Position numbers and translations under genes: made by a program. DNA of 33,848 bases from a virus (Duplodnaviria; Caudoviricetes), in IMG/VR virus record IMGVR_UViG_3300049070_000231, positions 1-33,848 of that record; one strand, given 5' to 3'. Shown in pieces: positions 1-7,490 of the stretch; within the stretch, counting starts at the first letter, position 1, and each line of letters begins with the position of its first letter. The notes under the pieces were generated by a model that was given only the letters and a program-made list of their open reading frames with translations, ran no database searches and was not told where the DNA came from.

Positions 1-97
1 AGAATGGAAGGCATGTCTTACTCCCTCTTTGTGGTTGCTCGCCTTTCGGCTGCTGTGAAGGATTCGCCGAACACGGTCGGACGCGCCGCCCTCTTCC

Positions 98-478
98 TCA
101 TGTGCTTGTCACCCCGGCGCGGGTCCAGAACTCCATGCAGACGTACATGGACGAGACCGCGATCAGGGAAAAATTGGTCGTGCCGCGCGCGAGTTGGAAA
201 ACGCGCCCCTCGCCGAGGCTCACGGGGATGTTGAACTGCGATGAGCCTTGGGTCGAAATACCGTGGGCGGTTGTCGGCAGCGCCGCCTTGGTCGATCCCA
301 TGTTGAGAAACACGGTGTGGAAACCAGCCGCCGTGGAGCCGCACGAGAGGCGGAACAGGTCCGTGTTCGGCGGAAAGTCGAAAGACTCGGCGGTCGCGGC
401 CGTCAGCAGCTTCGTGAGAATCGTGTCCGGATTGACCGGGTGCTGAGGCGTGGCTCTCTGGCCAAAGTAGCGCGGCAT
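98..478 (-). CDS. Hypothetical protein, Thr/Ser/Gly-rich, possibly virion-associated
   Basis: 126-aa ORF with a GGAGG RBS just upstream of ATG 478. Same strand as the operon and downstream of a terminator. Confidence 0.6.
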   Translation of the reverse strand: MPRYFGQRATPQHPVNPDTILTKLLTAATAESFDFPPNTDLFRLSCGSTAAGFHTVFLNMGSTKAALPTTAHGISTQGSSQFNIPVSLGEGRVFQLARGTTNFSLIAVSSMYVCMEFWTRAGVTST

Positions 479-490
479 CTAGCCCTCCGG

Positions 491-524
491 AAAAAGAAAG
501 GCCGCGACGGTTGCCCGGGCGGCC
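491..524 (-). terminator. Intrinsic terminator after the sugar cluster
   Basis: Minus strand GGCCGC..GGCAAC..GCGGCC hairpin followed by TTTCTTTTT. Confidence 0.7.
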
Positions 525-569
525 GGAAAGGGGTGAATCATCGCGGGTTAGATTTTGGGATTGTTCGAT

Positions 570-1409
570 TCAGCCTCGCTTACCGCCTGCTGCCCTTCGA
601 AGGTTGAGGTGCGGCTTCTCGGATTCCGTCGGCCCGTAGCGCACTTCGCCAACAGCTGCAGCGGCGCGCCGGCACTCCGTGACCATCTGCGCGAACTCGG
701 TCGGCTCCATGCTGAAGGCCGCGTCCGGCCCGCCATCCGCCCGGGATAGCGTCAGGTGCTTCTCGATCACGTCCGCGCCCAAGGCGGCGGCTGCCACCGC
801 CACCCCGATGCCGAGCGAGTGGTCCGAGATGCCGACCTTCGGCGCATGCGCCCGCAGATCCTGCATGGTCCTGAGATGGGCGTCGCGCGCGTCAGCCGGG
901 TAGGCGCTGGTGCACTTGAGCAGGGTGAGATCAGGGCAGCCCCCGTCGAACGCTGCAGCAGCGGCCCTGAACACCTCGCTCTCGGACGCCATCCCCGTGG
1001 AAAGGATGAGCGGCTTGCCGGTGCGCGCGGCGTACGCGACCAGGTCGGTGTCCGTGAGTTCGAAGCTGGCGATCTTGTACATCGGGCAGCCCAGCTTCTC
1101 TAGGAAGTCCACGTCGTCGGGGTGGAACGGGGCCGAGAAGGCGGTCAACCGCAACCACTTGGCGAGATCGAACAGCGGCGCGTGCCAGGAGCGCGGCGTG
1201 TGAGCTTCACGGTAAAGGTCCAGAGCCTTGCGACCCGCCCAAGGGCCTGCTTCGATGACCTTTTCAGGGTCGACCATCTGCTCGGGCGTGAAGGTCTGCA
1301 GCTTCACCGCATCCGCGCCGGCCGCTGCTGCGGCCTTGACGATGTCCACCGCCCGGTCGAACGAACCGAGGTGGTTCGCCGACACCTCCGCGACGATGAA
1401 TGGCTTCAC
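570..1409 (-). CDS. pseI: Pseudaminic/sialic acid synthase (PseI/NeuB family), lacking the C-terminal SAF/antifreeze-like domain
   Basis: Motifs AEVSANH, ADAVKLQTF, KIASFE, ILSTGM, LLKCTSAYPA, GISDHS, IEKHLTLSRADGGPD. 279 aa. Confidence 0.9.
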   Translation of the reverse strand: MKPFIVAEVSANHLGSFDRAVDIVKAAAAAGADAVKLQTFTPEQMVDPEKVIEAGPWAGRKALDLYREAHTPRSWHAPLFDLAKWLRLTAFSAPFHPDDVDFLEKLGCPMYKIASFELTDTDLVAYAARTGKPLILSTGMASESEVFRAAAAAFDGGCPDLTLLKCTSAYPADARDAHLRTMQDLRAHAPKVGISDHSLGIGVAVAAAALGADVIEKHLTLSRADGGPDAAFSMEPTEFAQMVTECRRAAAAVGEVRYGPTESEKPHLNLRRAAGGKRG

Positions 1410-1927
1410 TTCGCCCTTGCGAGCGCCTGCAGCGCGGCAGCGGCTTCCCGGATCGTGGCTTCCGAGTATTCCCGGCGCCCGAGGTCGCTCAAGAGAGAAA
1501 CCGCGACCGCTCCAGCCGTGTCGCGATACCTGCGCACCCGATTGGCCTCGTCGCGCAGCTTCGCGTCCTCCTCATTGTTCTCGATCGGCTTGATCGCGTC
1601 CCTGGAGCCCTTCTTCACCAGCGCCACCACCACGTAGGGCCTGGGCGGCTCGCCGGCGAACGCGGGCACCGCCCTGCGCCCGGCCATTGCTGGCTGCGCG
1701 GCGCGCGCCGGCAGGCCCTGAGGTCGCGCTATGTGCACCTCCGGGGTGGCTTCCATGTACTCGCAGGACGCGCGGAAGCCCGCGATGTCTTTCTCGGTGA
1801 TTTGCTCCACCATGTCGGGGTTCGCGTGCCGACGCTTCCACAGCAGCAGCTGCACAACCAGCGCAGGGTCGGCTACCGCCTCCTCAGCGAACTGGTCGAG
1901 CGCGTCCTTCGGTTTCCTCTTCGCCAT
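1406..1927 (-). CDS. Hypothetical protein
   Basis: 173 aa with a purine-rich RBS (GGAGGAGAGG) before ATG 1927. Stop overlaps the pseI start (GTGA). Confidence 0.7.
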   Translation of the reverse strand: MAKRKPKDALDQFAEEAVADPALVVQLLLWKRRHANPDMVEQITEKDIAGFRASCEYMEATPEVHIARPQGLPARAAQPAMAGRRAVPAFAGEPPRPYVVVALVKKGSRDAIKPIENNEEDAKLRDEANRVRRYRDTAGAVAVSLLSDLGRREYSEATIREAAAALQALARAK

Positions 1928-2381
1928 CCTCTCCTCCTGGTAGTTCGTAGGTCAGTTGAATGAGCCGCCCGCTCAGCTTCCCGCCGAACAGGTGCTTGGA
2001 ATGCTCGTTGCTGGGCGCGACGTTGGCGATCCACTTGCCGCGGCGCTCGCTCGGGATTGCAGGCAGTGGTTCGTGCTTCTCCATCAGCGCGCGCACGGCC
2101 TGCTCGCCGTAGCCCTTTCCGCGGTGCTTCTTCAGTAGGAATATGCCGATCTCGTTGTGGGTGGTGGCGTTGACGTAGCCCACCAGCGCGCCCTCGACCT
2201 CGATCAGGTACCAGCAGCGGTACGGGCGGCGATGCACGAACTGGCGATGCTGTTCCGGCGTCGGCATCGTGAACGAGATGTTCATCTCCGGGTCTGCCGC
2301 ACGCTCCGCCATTACCTCGTAGAGGAAGTCGATGGCGCCCGGCAAGATGCCGGTGCCTTGGTAGACGTCGACCAGTTTCAT
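1884..2381 (-). CDS. GNAT N-acetyltransferase (PseH-like)
   Basis: Acetyl-CoA motif A (EIGIFLLKKHRGKGYG) and ANVAPSNEHS. Lies in the sugar cluster with ATGA coupling to the upstream gene. Confidence 0.8.
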   Translation of the reverse strand: MKLVDVYQGTGILPGAIDFLYEVMAERAADPEMNISFTMPTPEQHRQFVHRRPYRCWYLIEVEGALVGYVNATTHNEIGIFLLKKHRGKGYGEQAVRALMEKHEPLPAIPSERRGKWIANVAPSNEHSKHLFGGKLSGRLIQLTYELPGGEDGEEETEGRARPVR

Positions 2382-3130
2382 ACGCGGGCCTTTATTCCGT
2401 TCGCCTGCAGGAACCTCGATGCTTCCTTCGGCGTGGCATCGGTGAACTGGAACAGCGCCCCGGCCGCCACGGCGTTCGCGCCGGCCTTGATCGCTTCAAC
2501 CATGTCCGGGTACCCAGAACAGCCGCCGTGGGCGACCACGGGAACACGCACCGCGGCGCGCACGCTGCGGATCAGGTCGAGGTCGTATCCCTGCATCGTC
2601 CCCTCGCGGTCAACCGCAGTAAGCAGGATCTCGCCGGCGCCCTGCTCGGCTATCCAATTCGCCCTTTCCGGCGCCACTTCGCGCATGCACCGAACGCCCG
2701 GCCTGTCGTCGTCGACGTCGTCGCGCGCTTCGACCACATCGCAGGTAACGACTATGGCTTGACTTCCCACCGTATCGGCCGACCGGCGCACGAGGTCGCC
2801 GCCGATCCACGCCGCCGTACCTATCACCACTTTGTCGGCGCCGGCGCGAAGCAACGCCTTGACATCCGCCAGAGTTCGCACGCCTCCGCCGACAGCGATC
2901 GGCACAAACAGTACCTCGGATAGCTCGGCGATGAGAGAAAGGTCCGGCCCCCTGCCCTCTGGCGTCGCGCCGACATCCAGCAGCACTACCTCGTCGACTC
3001 CTCGCGTGGCGTGGATGCGCACCGCCTGCGCAGCGATCCCGACAGAGCGCCACGAATTGAAGCGCTTGCCCTTCACGAGCGCGCGCCCGCGGCAGAGGAT
3101 GGTGGGGATCACGCGCTTGGCGAGGCCCAT
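2378..3130 (-). CDS. HisF-like cyclase of the glycan amidation type (WbuZ/HisF2)
   Basis: KRVIPTIL, LVKGKRF, GVDEVVLLD, PIAVGGGVR, GADKVVIG, GAGEILLTAVDREGTMQGYD. Start placed at ATG 3130 (TGATG overlap). Confidence 0.88.
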   Translation of the reverse strand: MGLAKRVIPTILCRGRALVKGKRFNSWRSVGIAAQAVRIHATRGVDEVVLLDVGATPEGRGPDLSLIAELSEVLFVPIAVGGGVRTLADVKALLRAGADKVVIGTAAWIGGDLVRRSADTVGSQAIVVTCDVVEARDDVDDDRPGVRCMREVAPERANWIAEQGAGEILLTAVDREGTMQGYDLDLIRSVRAAVRVPVVAHGGCSGYPDMVEAIKAGANAVAAGALFQFTDATPKEASRFLQANGIKARV

Positions 3131-3294
3131 CAGCCCGGCACCTCGTAGCGCACCGCACCGCCCTCGGCCACGTAGCGCACGGTCATGCAGGTCCCGCAGC
3201 GCGAAACCTGCTCGCCGTTGTCCTCCTTGCCGAGGTCGGCGAAGCCGTGCTCGTAGCCTGGCCGGCACGGTGGTTCATCAAGCTGCGGCTTCAT
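3130..3294 (-). CDS. Small hypothetical protein (54 aa, CxxC)
   Basis: MKPQLDEPPCRPGYEHG...RCGTC...YEVPG fills the gap between two genes and is coupled to the HisF-like start. Below the ORF-track cutoff. Confidence 0.55.
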   Translation of the reverse strand: MKPQLDEPPCRPGYEHGFADLGKEDNGEQVSRCGTCMTVRYVAEGGAVRYEVPG

Positions 3295-4378
3295 GCGTCG
3301 CTCCTTTCAGCTTCAGCGTCTTGTCGCCGGGCTTGGCGTCGAAGAGATTCCAGTTCGTGTGCTTGTCCAGCGCTTCCCAGAAGGCCGTCGCGGTCATGCC
3401 GATGCGCTCGAGCACCTCGTGCAGCTCCACGCCGGCGTACCAGTACGGGAAGCGCCCGTCCCTGGCCTTGACCAAGGCCAGCGCCCCTTCGCGCGTCATG
3501 AGCCCCGCTCGGACGTCTACCGAAAGCTGCGCAGCGAAGCGCCCGAACCCATACTTCCGGTACATGCCGTGGTCATGAATCCCCGTCTGCCCGTTGTCGA
3601 GGTTCTCGTGCGACCACCAGTTCGTAATGCTCGGAGTGACTTGGCGCATACCTGCTGCCTTGGCGATCTCCGCGTTGCGGTGCGAGTCCCACGGCAGGTA
3701 CTGGCCGAGGAAGTGCGCCTCGAAGTGCTGGTCGATGTCGGCCGGCAGAACGTAGTCGACCAGGTCGCGCGAGCCGAGGCCCTCGACGCCGATGAGGTCC
3801 TGCGGGCGCAAGCCAAGGAAGCCGCCGAACTCCGAGCGCCAGCGCCGGTTCATGGTCTTCGCTTCCTGGCTGTCGAGCGGCCCGCCGTACTGGTTCTGCG
3901 GGTTCTCGCCGTAGAAGATGAGCGGCCGGCGCAGGTCGCGCGCCGCGACCATGGGCGTCGTGAAAATGCTGACGTGCTCGGGCCAGCTGATGTCGCCCAC
4001 CATGGTGAGGCCGATGCGGTTCAGCTTGGCCCGCACGGTGGCGTTCGGGCTCACCTCCACGGTCTTCGCGTAGCGCTTCAGGTTGTCGATGTTCAGCCTG
4101 CCCACCGGCGTCAGGTGGCAGGTCGTCGCCGTGACCACCGTAACGTCCGCGCCGCGCTTCAGGAGTTCCAGCACTTGGTAGTGGCTGTCCTTGCCGCCGC
4201 TGGAGGGCACGATGCACTCGCCGTTGAAGCGGTTGAGCAGTTCAACCAGCGCGCGCTCGCGCGCCTGCCAGTCGATCTGCGGGCGCTGCTCGTAGGCGAT
4301 GCAGGCGGAGCAGATGCCGTTCACGAACGCCGTGTCGGGACGCGTGTCTGGAATGACGCAGCGGAGGCAGCGGATCAC
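3278..4378 (-). CDS. N-acetyl sugar amidotransferase (WbuX/PseA-like PP-loop)
   Basis: N-terminal CxxC...PDTRP...GICSAC and IDW, PP-loop SGGKDS, GENPQNQYGG, YRKYGFGR. GTG 4378 overlaps the HNH stop. Confidence 0.9.
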   Translation of the reverse strand: MIRCLRCVIPDTRPDTAFVNGICSACIAYEQRPQIDWQARERALVELLNRFNGECIVPSSGGKDSHYQVLELLKRGADVTVVTATTCHLTPVGRLNIDNLKRYAKTVEVSPNATVRAKLNRIGLTMVGDISWPEHVSIFTTPMVAARDLRRPLIFYGENPQNQYGGPLDSQEAKTMNRRWRSEFGGFLGLRPQDLIGVEGLGSRDLVDYVLPADIDQHFEAHFLGQYLPWDSHRNAEIAKAAGMRQVTPSITNWWSHENLDNGQTGIHDHGMYRKYGFGRFAAQLSVDVRAGLMTREGALALVKARDGRFPYWYAGVELHEVLERIGMTATAFWEALDKHTNWNLFDAKPGDKTLKLKGATHEAAA

Positions 4379-4716
4379 GACAGAGCCCTCCGGAACGTTC
4401 TCATGCGATGGCAATTCGCGCAGACCACTTCGCATTTGGCGACCTCCGCCAGGAGCCGCTCTACGCTGGTAGACGACACGCGCCGACTGATGGTGAATTC
4501 CTTGTCGCGATTGATGTGGTCGAATTCCATAACTGGCGGCGGATACTTGACGCCACAGTCCTTGCAGGGGACGTCCTTGATCTTGTTGAGCACTTCTATT
4601 TTTCTGCGGCGCGTGTTTTGAGCGGCCAGTTTTTTCCGCTCGGGAAACTTGGTCCGCCAGCGCAGGTCGGCTGCACGCCCAGCGGCCAATCTTTGCTCTC
4701 GGTCTTTGTAAGGCAT
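4375..4716 (-). CDS. HNH endonuclease
   Basis: CKDCG...MEFDH...KCEVVCANCHRMRT with a basic N-terminus. Start ATG 4716 (TGATG overlap). Confidence 0.85.
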   Translation of the reverse strand: MPYKDREQRLAAGRAADLRWRTKFPERKKLAAQNTRRRKIEVLNKIKDVPCKDCGVKYPPPVMEFDHINRDKEFTISRRVSSTSVERLLAEVAKCEVVCANCHRMRTFRRALS

Positions 4717-5294
4717 CAGCGTTTGACCAGAAGCCATGCGCGACATTGGTCGAACCCTTGCGCCACCGTGTCCGCGACCATGGTCAGCCCCATCGCCTCA
4801 TAGAGGTCGCCGAACGGCCGCTTCCACAGCCGCTCGGCGTTCCCTCGGTACAGCACTTCCTCCTCCTTCGGAGCCGCATACTCGACCGCCAGCACCCAGC
4901 GGCGGCTCGCGTTGATGATGGCCTGCATGGTGTCGGGCAATTCGGCGGGCGCGACGTGGATCAGCACGCCGGAGGTACACACGAGGTCGAAGTGCTCGCG
5001 ATACCATCTCCCCGCGACGCGCGCGGACATGAGGGAGGCGTCAAGTCCCCCGTCGCGGGCTTCCACCACCGCATCGGCGTTCACGTCCACGCCAACGGCG
5101 ATAACCGTGCGATCCGCCGCTCGGATGGCGCGCAGGTTCCAGCCCGCGTTGCAGCCCACGTCGAGCACCGAGCGCGCCTGCGTGATGGCCAAGATGTTGC
5201 GCCAGAACGGCACGCGGTCTAGCCAGTTCACGCGGTTGCGCAGCGTGTAGGCGGTCCCGAAGTCCCCGGCCCAGAATTGCTCTTGAGCGTTCAT
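4716..5294 (-). CDS. Pseudaminic acid biosynthesis-associated SAM methyltransferase
   Basis: QEQFWAGDFG..Y..RN N-terminus, SAM motif VLDVGCNAGWNL, FDLVCTSGVLIHV, YRGNAERLWKRPFG. Confidence 0.88.
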   Translation of the reverse strand: MNAQEQFWAGDFGTAYTLRNRVNWLDRVPFWRNILAITQARSVLDVGCNAGWNLRAIRAADRTVIAVGVDVNADAVVEARDGGLDASLMSARVAGRWYREHFDLVCTSGVLIHVAPAELPDTMQAIINASRRWVLAVEYAAPKEEEVLYRGNAERLWKRPFGDLYEAMGLTMVADTVAQGFDQCRAWLLVKR

Positions 5295-5373
5295 GCGGAG
5301 GGGTCCGGGATGATCAATCTACTGCTGGCGATCTTCGTTGGATTCATGGTCCCTGCAATGGTTGTGGGAGCGT

Positions 5374-6003
5374 TCACCGGGGATCCATCCCTTCAGACGT
5401 TGGCTGGAATCGTCGGGGCGATCTATGCGGTGTGGGTGAATCTGCGGAAGCCTTGAGCGCCGCGTACATCTCCTCGGCGCGCTTCCAGTCTTCCTCGGTG
5501 TTGATGTCGATCCAACGGCCCTCGGGGCGAGTGAGCCCGACGAAGCTGTCGAGCGGCACGTCTTCTAGGAAGTGCGCCGATGGCCCCCAGTACAGCCAGC
5601 CCTCGATGTAGGTGTAGTTGAGACGGCTTTCGCGCAGCCACTCGTACATCTCGGTGATGTCGCTCGCGCGCATCATCGGCGCGGTGGCATAGATGCAGCA
5701 GGCGTAGCCGATATGCTTGGGCTCCGCCAACATGATGTCTCTCAGAACTCTGGCGGCAACTTCCTGCGTACCCACAGCATCGACCGCAAGCTCCTCATCT
5801 CTCTCAATCCACTGCGCGCCGCAGGCTTCGGCAATGCCCCCGATCTCGTGATCCTCGGTCGAAACCACGATCCTCTCGAACAGCCCGCTCGCCTTCGCCG
5901 CCTCGATGCTGTAGGCGATGATCGGCTTGCCGTGGAATGGACGGATGTTCTTCCTCGGGATGCGCCGCGAGCCACCGCGAGCCGGGATGATGGCTACTCG
6001 CAC
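5374..6003 (-). CDS. pseF: CMP-nonulosonate synthetase (PseF/NeuA cytidylyltransferase)
   Basis: AIIPARGGSRRIPRKNI, GKPIIAYSIEAA, IVVSTED, CCIYATAP, DINTEEDW. Start placed at GTG 6003. Confidence 0.88.
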   Translation of the reverse strand: MRVAIIPARGGSRRIPRKNIRPFHGKPIIAYSIEAAKASGLFERIVVSTEDHEIGGIAEACGAQWIERDEELAVDAVGTQEVAARVLRDIMLAEPKHIGYACCIYATAPMMRASDITEMYEWLRESRLNYTYIEGWLYWGPSAHFLEDVPLDSFVGLTRPEGRWIDINTEEDWKRAEEMYAALKASADSPTPHRSPRRFQPTSEGMDPR

Positions 6004-6263
6004 AGCGCCCTCTCCCTCTGCGCCTTCAGGCGCTTGCGCCGATGCCCCGCCACGCTGCCGATGTGGTAGCCGCGGCAGACCGTGCAGTGGTAAACGTTGG
6101 TCACTTTGCGCAGGTCGATGCGGATCGTGCGCTGCGCCGACCCGAACGAGTCGAAGCGATGCTTGCCCTCGCACTCGGAAACCCTTCGCCTCTCCTCCAT
6201 GCGCCTCGCCACCGCGTCCTCTTGCACGAGCGTTCGTAGCTCGAAGAATTCCTCGCGCCTCAC
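5994..6263 (-). CDS. Phage hypothetical protein with a Zn-binding motif
   Basis: CEGKHRF...YHCTVCRGYH. GTG 6263 overlaps the upstream stop. Confidence 0.65.
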   Translation of the reverse strand: MRREEFFELRTLVQEDAVARRMEERRRVSECEGKHRFDSFGSAQRTIRIDLRKVTNVYHCTVCRGYHIGSVAGHRRKRLKAQRERALCE

Positions 6264-6610
6264 ACTTGCCTCCCCTGCGCCATCGCCAGCACCACGTCCA
6301 CGATCTCCAGCGCCGCCTTTTTCGGCGTCCACTTCTTCTGGTACAGGTTGTTCATCACGATGGCCGCGCGAGCGACCATCGCATCGCGCAGGTTGTCGGT
6401 GACGCGGGCGCGCACTTGCTCGGCGATGTAGCTGCCGTCTTTGATCGGCTCGCCGGGAAACTTGGCGTTGTGCGCCGCGCGCGCCATGCCCTCGGCGATG
6501 GGGAAGGCGTCGCCAGGCTCCATGACGAGGTTCTGCGTCGGCTTGGAGAATTGCAGGATCACCTTCCCGTCGCGGGACTCCACGACGATCTTCGTCTTTG
6601 GCTCGCTCAT
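6260..6610 (-). CDS. Hypothetical protein
   Basis: 116 aa, coupled by 4-nt overlaps at both ends. Confidence 0.7.
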   Translation of the reverse strand: MSEPKTKIVVESRDGKVILQFSKPTQNLVMEPGDAFPIAEGMARAAHNAKFPGEPIKDGSYIAEQVRARVTDNLRDAMVARAAIVMNNLYQKKWTPKKAALEIVDVVLAMAQGRQV

Positions 6611-7269
6611 TGGAATATCGCCATTTGAGATAGGTCCGGGTAATCATCCGAAGGCAGCGGGTCGTTGTGCTTCGGCAGCGCCGCCATCGCCCACAGCAGG
6701 CGCGTCGATACGTCCGGCGAGAGGTAGCAGTGCCATCCGATCTGGGTGAAGTTGTCCATATTTGGCGGCACGCCCTCGGTACGACCGTCGAAGCGCGCGC
6801 GCCGCAGCCATTGGTCGGCCTCGTAGTTGTCGTGCAGGATCGCCCCGCCCTGCGTGTCGGCAAGCGTCTTCGTGGCGTGGAAGGACACGCAGACCATCGC
6901 GTTGCTATCCACGGTCCAAAACTGGTCGGAGTCATACATTCCGCTTGTGAGCCATCGCGCGGAGTCGAAGACCGGCAATGGCTTCAACTGGTACGCGCCG
7001 CGCCACGCCTCGTCGCGGAACGTCGGCCGCCCGCCCGCGTGGATGATCGACATCGGCACGCTGACGTAGGTGCGTTTGGGGATTTCAATGGGCGTGCGTC
7101 GGAACTCGACCCACTCGCGCCCGTCCTCGATCGTCACTTGATTACGTAGATGCCACGCCACCGCGAGCAGCAGCGCCATCGTGCAGCTGTTCACCGCCAC
7201 GGCGTACCGCGCGCCGGTGTACTGGCACAGCGCGCGCTCGAAGTCCTTGGTCACTTGGTGCGGGTTCAT
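6607..7269 (-). CDS. Short DegT/DnrJ/EryC1/StrS PLP aminotransferase (PseC-like)
   Basis: FERALCQYTGARYAVAVNSCTMAL, DSA, PLP-lysine motif SFHATKTL..QGGAI. ATG 7269 (ATGA overlap). 220 aa. Confidence 0.85.
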   Translation of the reverse strand: MNPHQVTKDFERALCQYTGARYAVAVNSCTMALLLAVAWHLRNQVTIEDGREWVEFRRTPIEIPKRTYVSVPMSIIHAGGRPTFRDEAWRGAYQLKPLPVFDSARWLTSGMYDSDQFWTVDSNAMVCVSFHATKTLADTQGGAILHDNYEADQWLRRARFDGRTEGVPPNMDNFTQIGWHCYLSPDVSTRLLWAMAALPKHNDPLPSDDYPDLSQMAIFQ

Positions 7270-7490
7270 AGCCACCACGGCCTTTTCATCTCGAAGAATG
7301 TGTGCGCTAGGACCGCGTTGTGCTTGAACCACCCGGCACCGAGCAGCCGCTCCCTGATGCGCATGTCCTCCATCGCAGCTTGGTACGGAGCGGGCGCTTC
7401 CTGATGAATCTCCGGCAGGTCGACGAACGAGAAGCGCGGCGCGACGCCGAGAAACGAGGGCTGGCCACTGTCGTGCGAGATCGCGCTCAC
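7266..7490 (-). CDS. Hypothetical protein
   Basis: 74 aa, coupled by 4-nt overlaps to pseB and the aminotransferase. Confidence 0.55.
   Translation of the reverse strand: MSAISHDSGQPSFLGVAPRFSFVDLPEIHQEAPAPYQAAMEDMRIRERLLGAGWFKHNAVLAHTFFEMKRPWWL

Noticed and set aside
2378-3130. Histidine biosynthesis hisF
   Set aside because: No other his genes. Its position next to an N-acetyl sugar amidotransferase indicates the glycan-amidation paralogue.
3293-4621. 442-aa plus-strand ORF and similar long antisense ORFs (10994..12004, 15351..16460, 16016..16981)
   Set aside because: Shadow frames of well-supported genes in high-GC DNA, with no motifs.
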